Positions 25,563 to 32,000 of a stretch of 32,000 nt of DNA are shown here, one piece after another. This stretch comes from Nostoc sp. PCC 7120 = FACHB-418 (lineage in GTDB: Bacteria; Cyanobacteriota; Cyanobacteriia; Cyanobacteriales; Nostocaceae). The stretch lies in assembly GCF_000009705.1 (NCBI RefSeq), contig NC_003272.1:4860001-4892000 (forward strand). Direction: 5' to 3'. Positions within the stretch are counted from its first letter, which is position 1, and each line of letters begins with the position of its first letter. The notes below the pieces were generated by a model. It was not told the origin of the DNA, did no database searches, and saw only the letters and a program-made list of their open reading frames with translations. The position numbers and the translations under genes were made by a program.

Positions 25563-27371
25563 ATGCAGCCACTCAAGCAATATTGGATCGCAGAAGCATT
25601 AGAGAAAGATTTGGGCGACCCTAGCAACCCAAATAATGTGATGTCGTTTAAGCAGGTAATTGACCTGGACGAACGAGAAGAGTTTCCCCATGAGATTATT
25701 AATTGGCTCTATAACTGGAAACTCCAGCACTATTACATCCCTACAGAATGCGGCGGTGAATTTACCTCCTTTGACGAGTTTATCGCCTTTGTGCGCGTCC
25801 TTTCCCGCCGTGACCAAACCGCAGCGATCGCCTTCACCACCATGTTCTGGTCATACCTGACATGGATGGCAGGCACGGACGAGCAGAAGCGCACCCTAGC
25901 CAGCTTCATGAAAGATGCCAACGGGGCTATGTGTCTGGCTTATTCAGAGAAAGCCCACGGTAGCGATTTACTCGCCAGTGATGTGAGAGCGACAAAAGCC
26001 CCTGGTGGCTACATCCTCAACGGCGAAAAATGGCCGATTAACCGCGCCACCATCTCCGGGGTTACCTTCGTCCTAGCCAAAACCGACGAAGAAGGCGGAG
26101 CGCGTAGCCTCTCCCTATTCATGATAGAAAAGAGCAAAATCGACCCCGCCAACTATAGCCACCTACCAAAAATCTTTACCCACGGTGTGCGCGGTTCAGA
26201 TATGAGTGGGATCAAATTTGAGAACTGCTTCATCCCCGAATCTATGCGGTTGGGGGCAGAAGGGGCAGGACTAGAACTAGCACTCAAAGGCTTCCAAATC
26301 ACCCGCGCTTTATGTGCCGCCTTTTCCCAAGGGGCTGCTGATACTGCCCTGCGGACTACCCTCAAGTTTGCCTTGGGGCGGCAGTTATACGGCAAGACCG
26401 TTTATGATATGCCCCAACCCAAACGCACTTTAACAGATGCGTTTCTGGATATCCTGATTTGCGACTGCGCCACCATTGGCGTTACCCGTGGGTTTAACAC
26501 CATGCCAGAGCAAATCAGCGTCTGGTCAGCCGTGGTGAAATACTTCGTCACCACCAACCTAGAAACAGTCGTGCAGAATGTCTCCGTCGTTTTAGGTTCA
26601 CGCTTTTATATGCGTGAAGAACACGACTATGGCATTTTCCAAAAAGTACTGCGGGATAACGCCATCATCAGTATGTTTGATGGCAGTACTGTAGTTAACC
26701 TCCATGCTTTGTTGCTGCAACTACGTCAACTCGCCAAGTCCCGCGCCAGAAATGCTGGACGCAACCAAGAAACCTTACAAGCACGTCTAGCAGCCACCTT
26801 TGACTTAACCCAAACCTTACCCGCTTTTGATGGTAAGAAGTTGGAACTAGTCAACCGGGGTGGTGATGACGTTTTGCAAGGATTAGGTTTAGCCCTGACA
26901 TCTTTAATTGATTTAAAGGCAGACTCCAGCCTCAATTCCGAAGTATTGCAGCAAATTATCCAACTAACCGAAATAGTACAGGAGGAATTAAACACTCTTG
27001 ATCATCAGATTACAGAGTCTACCTTCCAGTTTGGGCATGAGCAAGCACCAGAAGTCTTCGACATAGCCAAACAATACTGCGTCCTGCACGCGGCTGCTAG
27101 CTCTGTCTATATGTGGCTTCACAACCGCCATCATTTGGGAGACTTCTTTAGTCATGGCGAGTGGTTGGCACTCGGCCTCCGCAAACTACTGTTAACCTTC
27201 CGCCCAGCTAAAGCCTTACCAGGGCGCATTGATGACGCAGCAGTTGCCCAAGAGTTAGTCCGGTTGTACACCGACAATCGGATGTTTTCCATCGTTCCCT
27301 TCCAATTAGCAAACCCTCAACTACAAGAGACTAAAACTGATGCAACTCAAAGACTCCAACTCCAAGCCTAG
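25563..27371 (+). CDS. Acyl-CoA dehydrogenase-family flavoprotein (602 aa, long form), likely acting on ACP-tethered acyl chains
   Basis: It has a strong AAGGAG Shine-Dalgarno 10 nt after the FAAL stop. ACAD-like regions include CLAYSEKAHGSDL, GEKWPINRAT, MSGIKFENCFIP and ALKGFQITRALCAA. About 180-200 extra residues follow at the C-terminus. Confidence 0.8.
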   Translation: MQPLKQYWIAEALEKDLGDPSNPNNVMSFKQVIDLDEREEFPHEIINWLYNWKLQHYYIPTECGGEFTSFDEFIAFVRVLSRRDQTAAIAFTTMFWSYLTWMAGTDEQKRTLASFMKDANGAMCLAYSEKAHGSDLLASDVRATKAPGGYILNGEKWPINRATISGVTFVLAKTDEEGGARSLSLFMIEKSKIDPANYSHLPKIFTHGVRGSDMSGIKFENCFIPESMRLGAEGAGLELALKGFQITRALCAAFSQGAADTALRTTLKFALGRQLYGKTVYDMPQPKRTLTDAFLDILICDCATIGVTRGFNTMPEQISVWSAVVKYFVTTNLETVVQNVSVVLGSRFYMREEHDYGIFQKVLRDNAIISMFDGSTVVNLHALLLQLRQLAKSRARNAGRNQETLQARLAATFDLTQTLPAFDGKKLELVNRGGDDVLQGLGLALTSLIDLKADSSLNSEVLQQIIQLTEIVQEELNTLDHQITESTFQFGHEQAPEVFDIAKQYCVLHAAASSVYMWLHNRHHLGDFFSHGEWLALGLRKLLLTFRPAKALPGRIDDAAVAQELVRLYTDNRMFSIVPFQLANPQLQETKTDATQRLQLQA

Positions 27372-27720
27372 TACTAATAACGCCGTTGACACTATCCAAG
27401 GGTGGTTAGTTAACCAGATTGCCACACAATTAAACATCAATGCTCAAACCATCAAAGTTACTGAACCCTTGACTCGCTACGGTCTAGATTCCATTGATTC
27501 AGTCACTATCGTCGGTGAATTGGAAGATTGGCTTGATGCAGAACTACCCCCTACCTTACTCTGGGATTACCCCACCATTGAAAAAGCGTCTCAATATTTG
27601 GTGAACGAAGTAGGTGTAACACCTGCGGAAACAGCAACGGCTGAACCCGCTACCAAACCTCAAGAAGCCCCCAAAGAAAAAGCCTGGGGTGGTCTGTGGA
27701 ACAAAATTAGTGGCAGTTAA
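27340..27720 (+). CDS. Acyl carrier protein (PKS/NRPS-type PP-binding domain) with a ~35-aa C-terminal tail
   Basis: RYGLDS51IDSVTIVGELEDWL (Ser codon 27490-27492) and LLWDYPTIEKASQYL. The start overlaps the dehydrogenase 3' end by 32 nt. Confidence 0.85.
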   Translation: MQLKDSNSKPSTNNAVDTIQGWLVNQIATQLNINAQTIKVTEPLTRYGLDSIDSVTIVGELEDWLDAELPPTLLWDYPTIEKASQYLVNEVGVTPAETATAEPATKPQEAPKEKAWGGLWNKISGS

Positions 27721-27780
27721 TTAATTCGTAATACCCTACGGGTTCGCGGTAGTGTTGCGTAGCAAAGGCTAACGCCTACG

Positions 27781-27819
27781 TAATTCGTAATTCCCATCTT
27801 AACGACGAATTACGAATTA
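27781..27819 (+). promoter_or_regulatory. Perfect 13-bp stem-loop built from STRR heptamers, in the ACP-MBOAT intergenic gap
   Basis: TAATTCGTAATTC (27781-27793) pairs with GAATTACGAATTA (27807-27819). The loop is 13 nt. It lies 32 nt before the MBOAT start. Confidence 0.6.
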
Positions 27820-27850
27820 TTAATTATCAATTATTCATGGGGGATGTTAA

Positions 27851-29314
27851 TTGAATTTCTCAGAATTTTCTTTCTGGTGGGTGCTGCTACTTTTTAGCAT
27901 CCCTTTCTTTACAGTCCGGTATGTTGCCAAATCATTGAACCTGTGGAGAGGAATCTTTGATGCAGTTGGTTTGGCAGCAATTTCTTCCCTATTATTTGTC
28001 AACGCTTCTCGTTCTAGTTTTGCCATCTTCGTCTGTGAAATCATCTTCAACTACGTCATGGTGTGGTTGATGTTGCGTCAACAAGGATGGAAAGCTAAAG
28101 CGATCGCTACTACTGTCATCATTATAGATATTGCTATTCTTGCCTACTTCAAATACCTAAACTTTTTTGTTGAAGATGTTTTAGGGTTGTTAGTCCCAGG
28201 ATTAGCCGACAATTGGCAATCCAAGAGTATTCCCGGTATGGGTTCCATTCCCCCAGGATTGTCTTTTTACACCTTCCAGATGGTGGCGTTTGTTGTTGAC
28301 TCCTACACCAGCCGCAAAAAACGTGCTATTGGCGCATTAGATTATCTCAATTTCGTCTCCTTCTTCCCCCAAGTGGTGGCAGGCCCCATCGAACGCCGGG
28401 GTGATTTGTTTCCCCAAATTGAGTCATTCCGCTTTAAATTTACTTATGACAACTTTGAAACAGGCTTTCGCTGGTTGTCGTTAGGACTATTCATGAAGTT
28501 TGTCCTAGCAGATAATATTTCACCTTATATCAAATTAGACCAAGCCCAAAACCCTTGGCTAGTATGGTTCTTTGCCTTCTTATTTACATTACAAATTTAC
28601 TTTGACTTCGGCGGCTATAGTTTTATTGCTCTGGGTTTAGCAAAATTTTTAGGCATCAACTTAACTATTAACTTTTTGGCTCCTTACACATCCCAAAGCA
28701 TTAACGAGTTTTGGCGCAGATGGCACGTCACACTTAGTACTTGGTTTCGGGATTACGTCTTCTTACCTCTCATGGGTAAGAACAAACAGTGGGCCCCATT
28801 TTATCTATTTCTCACCTTCACCCTTTCGGGATTCTGGCACGGAGCCGCGTGGAACTTTGTCTTCTGGGGCGCATACCACGGGCTATTGTTATTAGTTATA
28901 CGTTACGCCGGACGACCTTTTTACAAACTTGTTGGACAGCAAAGGTTCCTCATGCCACAGTTTATTTCCTGGGCATTAACCTTCGGTTCGATCATCTTGG
29001 GATGTCTGTTTTTTATGGAAACCAAGACACCAAGACTATTAGAGAAGTTGCAAACAATCCTGAACCCTTGGACATATTCTTTAGCCAATCTTGGCGAAGC
29101 CATGAGTTTCTTCAGTGGTAACGAAGCGATCGCACTAGGATTTACTCTAGCATTAGCCATCACCTTGTTACTCATGGAACACATTGGAGTCTGGCAACAA
29201 CGGGCGTGTGAATATGACTTGTTACTCTCTCCCTGGGTTTCGCGGGTGCTATTAGCGTTAACCGTCTTACTAGCTGCGAATACACCATCGCCCTTTATCT
29301 ACTTTGAGTTCTAA
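27851..29314 (+). CDS. MBOAT-family membrane-bound O-acyltransferase (AlgI/DltB-like)
   Basis: LSFYTFQMVAFVVD, FFPQVVAGPIERR, FDFGGYS, EFWRRWHVTLSTWFRDYVFLPL and GFWH330GAAWNFVFWGAYHG (His codon 28838-28840). The start appears to be TTG at 27851 (MNFSEFSFWW..., typical of an AlgI N-terminus). Confidence 0.9.
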   Translation: MNFSEFSFWWVLLLFSIPFFTVRYVAKSLNLWRGIFDAVGLAAISSLLFVNASRSSFAIFVCEIIFNYVMVWLMLRQQGWKAKAIATTVIIIDIAILAYFKYLNFFVEDVLGLLVPGLADNWQSKSIPGMGSIPPGLSFYTFQMVAFVVDSYTSRKKRAIGALDYLNFVSFFPQVVAGPIERRGDLFPQIESFRFKFTYDNFETGFRWLSLGLFMKFVLADNISPYIKLDQAQNPWLVWFFAFLFTLQIYFDFGGYSFIALGLAKFLGINLTINFLAPYTSQSINEFWRRWHVTLSTWFRDYVFLPLMGKNKQWAPFYLFLTFTLSGFWHGAAWNFVFWGAYHGLLLLVIRYAGRPFYKLVGQQRFLMPQFISWALTFGSIILGCLFFMETKTPRLLEKLQTILNPWTYSLANLGEAMSFFSGNEAIALGFTLALAITLLLMEHIGVWQQRACEYDLLLSPWVSRVLLALTVLLAANTPSPFIYFEF

Positions 29315-29322
29315 GGAATTAT

Positions 29323-30264
29323 ATGGCTGCTCTGAAAAAATTTCTACAGCTTAATAGTTGGTTGGCGATCGCCGTTTTAGCCTGGGGTGTTGGTTACTTA
29401 TACAATGCTCGTTATGGGGGCGAACTCAGTTGGCTACGCATCATGTATGAGCAGAAAAAAGCGATCGCAAGTGAAGTCCAAGCTCCCCAACGGATTTTGA
29501 TTGTCGGTGGTTCTGGGGCGCACTACACCGTAGACGCAGGATTGATGCAGCAACAATTAGGCATCCCGGCTCTCAACATGGCCACAGATGGCCCAGTCGG
29601 CTTAAATGTCATCCTGCCCAGTGTCGCCGATAGCATTAAAAAAGGTGATATTGTCGTACTAATACCGGAGTATCTCATCTTAAATGATAAAGATGGCTTT
29701 GGCGATCGCTCTGGTCAGTTTAGTGTAGCCATTGGTAAACCCGGACTTGGGGGTGTTCCTGCCAAACAACTAGCCCAAGATATCATGTTGCTTGGTGTTC
29801 CTACCTTGCGCGCAGTTACCAAGTCATCTGTAGAATTAGTAGAAAAAGGCCGCTTCACTGGTTATTACTCCGATCCCATCACTGCGAATGGAGACCCTAC
29901 AGTGATGAAACAGCGCCTTAAGTCAGCTTGGTGGCAACTAAAAATCCAAGAGCCAGTTTCTCCCCAGGCTTTACGACGTATTCGCCAGTTTAAAAAAGAA
30001 GTTGAAGCTAAAGGCGCAACTTTAGTTCTCGGACTTTCGTGGATTTACGCCAGTACTGATACTAAAACCATCGGTAATATCAGCAAAACTGCTGAGAAAC
30101 TAAGTGAAATTGCCCCTCTACTCTACGACAAACAAACCTTGAACGTAAAAACCGATTCGAGTCTGTTTGCCGACACCCACTATCACCTCAATCCTCCAGG
30201 TCGCCGCACCCGCACCACCGAGTTAGTAGAACAACTCAAGACCCTCAATATTATTCGTAACTAA
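29323..30264 (+). CDS. N-terminally membrane-anchored extracytoplasmic protein, putative SGNH/DltD-like partner of the MBOAT
   Basis: It starts 8 nt after the MBOAT stop, with an AAGGA Shine-Dalgarno. There is one TM segment (WLAIAVLAWGVGYLY). Candidate block I is ILIVGGS64GAHY and candidate block V is FAD284TH286YH288LNPPG. The fold assignment is an inference. Confidence 0.55.
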   Translation: MAALKKFLQLNSWLAIAVLAWGVGYLYNARYGGELSWLRIMYEQKKAIASEVQAPQRILIVGGSGAHYTVDAGLMQQQLGIPALNMATDGPVGLNVILPSVADSIKKGDIVVLIPEYLILNDKDGFGDRSGQFSVAIGKPGLGGVPAKQLAQDIMLLGVPTLRAVTKSSVELVEKGRFTGYYSDPITANGDPTVMKQRLKSAWWQLKIQEPVSPQALRRIRQFKKEVEAKGATLVLGLSWIYASTDTKTIGNISKTAEKLSEIAPLLYDKQTLNVKTDSSLFADTHYHLNPPGRRTRTTELVEQLKTLNIIRN

Positions 30265-30313
30265 TCCGCAGGTACAGGGCAAGGGGCAGAGAGAGGAGCA
30301 GAGGAAAAATATT

Positions 30314-30338
30314 GACAACTAACAACTGACAACTGACT
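30314..30338. repeat. STRR heptamer repeat (GACAACT / AACAACT / GACAACT)
   Basis: Units at 30314-30320, 30321-30327 and 30328-30334. A GA-rich tract precedes it at 30270-30310. Confidence 0.8.
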
Positions 30339-30359
30339 CTTACCTCCACACTTTTAATT

Positions 30360-32000
30360 ATGGTTGCAAATGAAGGAATATCCAAAAACATATTGACAAG
30401 GAAGCTAGATGATGTATTTGGGCTGGATTTGCGATCGCTAGCGGCTTTTCGCATCGGTATCTCATTAATTCTTTTGATCGATTTGGGCATTCGTTTCAGT
30501 GATTATATCGCCCACTACACCGATGCAGGCGTTATGCCCCGCGCCTTACTGGCAGACATCAGCAAACCTTGGCACTGGTCACTCCATGCCATGAGTGGCG
30601 AACCCATCTTTCAAGCGGTATTGTTTGGCATTGCGGCTGTGATGGCGCTCCTGATGCTAGTGGGATATCGCACGCGGATTGCCACGATTGCATCTTGGGT
30701 TTTGCTCATCTCCCTCCACAACCGGAATCCGGCATTAATTTTTGCCGCCGATGATGTGTTGCGTGCGCTGATGTTTTGGGCAATGTTTCTGCCCCTGGGT
30801 GCTAGTTACTCCATTGAAAGCGCTCTGAATACTAATACGCGCAAGTTACCGGAAAGGGTGGTTTCTGGGGCTACTTTTGCCTTAATTTGCCAGCAGTGTT
30901 TTATTTATATATTCTCTGCTGCCTTCAAAACTAAAAGCCCAGTCTGGGTTGATGGTAGTGCTGTTTACTATTCTCTCAGTTTTGATCAATACACCACTCC
31001 TCTCGGTCATTTTCTGCTCAACTTCCCGCCACTATTAACCCTGTTTACCTACGTTACCTTGGTGCTGGAATGGGTAGGGCCGTTATTGCTGTTTATTCCC
31101 TTCCGTAACAGCTTCTTTCGGATGTGTGCTGTTACTACCTTCGTCTTGCTGCACGCAGGATTTGGCTTAACTTTGAACTTGGGCATCTTCCCATTTTTAA
31201 GTATCTTCAGTTGGTTAGCCTTCCTCCCCAGTTCCTTTTGGGATGGGCTACACAAGCGCCTGCAAACACCAGAACATAAAGGCTTGACAATTTACTTCGA
31301 TGCCGATTGTGGTTTCTGTAAAAAAGCAGTACATCTGTTGCGGACACTCTTGATTTTGCCAGGAACGCCGTTACTCATGGCGCAAGAATACCCAGATATC
31401 CATACTGATATGCAAACCTACAATTCCTGGGTAGTGGAAGACTGGCAGGGAAACCGACATTTCAAATTTGAGGGAATAGCCTACATCGTTAGTCTCTCAC
31501 CTGTATTCCGCTTTCTGGTTCCCTTGCTCACATGGAAACCAGTCATGGCAGTAGGTACAAAATTTTATGAGGTAATTGCTTCTAACCGCAAAATAGCAGG
31601 TAATTTCACCAAACCCTTTAAATTCAAACCAATACAGATACGCTCATCACGGATTCTGAATATTTTGGCGCTGTTATTGCTGTTGTATACTTTTGTCTGG
31701 AATATCAGTAGTTATTCCCCCGATGCCTTTAAACGCAAGGTTTGGCAAAGTACAGAATTCATTGGCCGGGCTACACGCCTAGACCAATCTTGGAGTATCT
31801 TTGCGCCCGCACCACCGAGAGATGACGGCTGGCACGTAATTCCGGCTCGTTTGCAAGATGGAACTGAGGTTGATATTTTCCGGGGAGGAAGTCCAGTAAC
31901 TTGGGATAAACCAGACTTGGGTTTACGAAGTGCCATCTACCAAAATATGCAGTGGCGTACTTATTTTATTAATTTGAATCGGGCAATCGGTAAAAAGCTC
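30360..32000 (+). CDS. HTTM (vitamin K-dependent gamma-carboxylase-like) membrane domain fused to a DCC/DUF393 thiol-disulfide oxidoreductase domain. Partial: it runs off the window end.
   Basis: This ORF is not in the supplied track. My hand translation from the ATG at 30360 gives 547 codons with no stop. It begins MVANEGISKNILTRKLDDVFGLDLRSLAAFRIGISLILLIDL...SLHNRNPALIFAADDVLRALMFWAMFLPLGASYS (HTTM-like). Later comes LTIYFDADCGFCKKAVHLL (CxxC at 31308-31319, DCC-like), then a region QSWSIFAPAPPRDDGW. Confidence 0.75.
   Translation, partial: MVANEGISKNILTRKLDDVFGLDLRSLAAFRIGISLILLIDLGIRFSDYIAHYTDAGVMPRALLADISKPWHWSLHAMSGEPIFQAVLFGIAAVMALLMLVGYRTRIATIASWVLLISLHNRNPALIFAADDVLRALMFWAMFLPLGASYSIESALNTNTRKLPERVVSGATFALICQQCFIYIFSAAFKTKSPVWVDGSAVYYSLSFDQYTTPLGHFLLNFPPLLTLFTYVTLVLEWVGPLLLFIPFRNSFFRMCAVTTFVLLHAGFGLTLNLGIFPFLSIFSWLAFLPSSFWDGLHKRLQTPEHKGLTIYFDADCGFCKKAVHLLRTLLILPGTPLLMAQEYPDIHTDMQTYNSWVVEDWQGNRHFKFEGIAYIVSLSPVFRFLVPLLTWKPVMAVGTKFYEVIASNRKIAGNFTKPFKFKPIQIRSSRILNILALLLLLYTFVWNISSYSPDAFKRKVWQSTEFIGRATRLDQSWSIFAPAPPRDDGWHVIPARLQDGTEVDIFRGGSPVTWDKPDLGLRSAIYQNMQWRTYFINLNRAIGKKL

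Noticed and set aside
27847-28050. 67-aa minus-strand ORF opposite the MBOAT 5' end
   Set aside because: It is antisense to a well-supported MBOAT N-terminus. No motif or Shine-Dalgarno.
23986-29184. Alternative-frame and antisense ORFs within the FAAL, ACAD and MBOAT genes (e.g. 23986-24312, 24712-24900, 24869-25240, 25599-25921, 26153-26395, 26726-26995, 28789-29121, 28921-29184)
   Set aside because: They are nested inside ORFs with strong family motifs. Their translations are Arg/Ser/Pro/Cys-rich with no domain features.
30251-31936. Listed ORFs 30251-30490 (-), 30569-30754 (+), 31049-31255 (-) and 31712-31936 (-)
   Set aside because: They overlap the long open frame from 30360 that encodes clear HTTM and DCC motifs. 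They are off-frame or antisense artefacts, and 30251-30490 also spans an STRR and GA-rich spacer.
1-32000. tRNA, rRNA, tmRNA or RNase P genes
   Set aside because: I scanned the intergenic regions by eye for cloverleaf-like acceptor/T-arm pairs (GTTCGAATC-type T-loops) and rRNA-like segments and found none. tRNAscan-SE or Infernal would be the decisive check.

Overview
This window is a chromosomal segment from a filamentous heterocyst-forming cyanobacterium of the Nostoc/Anabaena type. Three things support that: many HIP1 octamers GCGATCGC (e.g. 566-573, 901-908, 4133-4140, 10161-10168, 10182-10189), heptameric STRR tandem repeats, and the gene content. I call 27 protein-coding genes and found no rRNA, tRNA or CRISPR.

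Gene content, in order:
- Left end: an intein-interrupted class II (B12-dependent) ribonucleotide reductase, nrdJ. The ORF is 1172 aa with a 407-aa LAGLIDADG intein and 765 aa of extein. From memory, these sizes match the published Anabaena sp. PCC 7120 NrdJ.
- Housekeeping and accessory genes: an Alr4036-type PPOX flavoprotein, cysE, a secreted protein, a 9-repeat WG-repeat protein, a Uma2 nuclease, a DUF3352-like protein, a rhodanese, a co-oriented hrcA / membrane protein / Xi-class GST trio, an animal-type short transketolase, mtnP and a ygfZ-like gene.
- A stress/dormancy-looking island: two small disordered proteins, one DUF2382-only protein and two tandem PRC-barrel+DUF2382 (AvaK-like) paralogs.

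The most interesting region is 23744-32000. It is a tightly packed same-strand cluster of fatty acyl-AMP ligase (FAAL), a 602-aa acyl-CoA/ACP dehydrogenase, an ACP, an MBOAT and a membrane-anchored SGNH/DltD-like protein. An HTTM (vitamin K carboxylase-like) protein fused to a DCC thiol-disulfide oxidoreductase domain follows and runs off the window. The architecture mirrors the Gram-positive DltABCD carrier-protein-to-MBOAT pathway, but it is primed by a FAAL and has no PKS or NRPS. I propose it as a candidate, apparently uncharacterised, extracytoplasmic lipidation system.

Intergenic regions carry several dispersed repeat families: a MITE-like element with a GTAGGGTGGGCATTGCCCAC hairpin, ACACCCCTATAC hairpins, GC-rich CGTCTCGTAG-type elements and STRRs.

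All family assignments come from motif recognition by eye. No database search or folding computation was possible.
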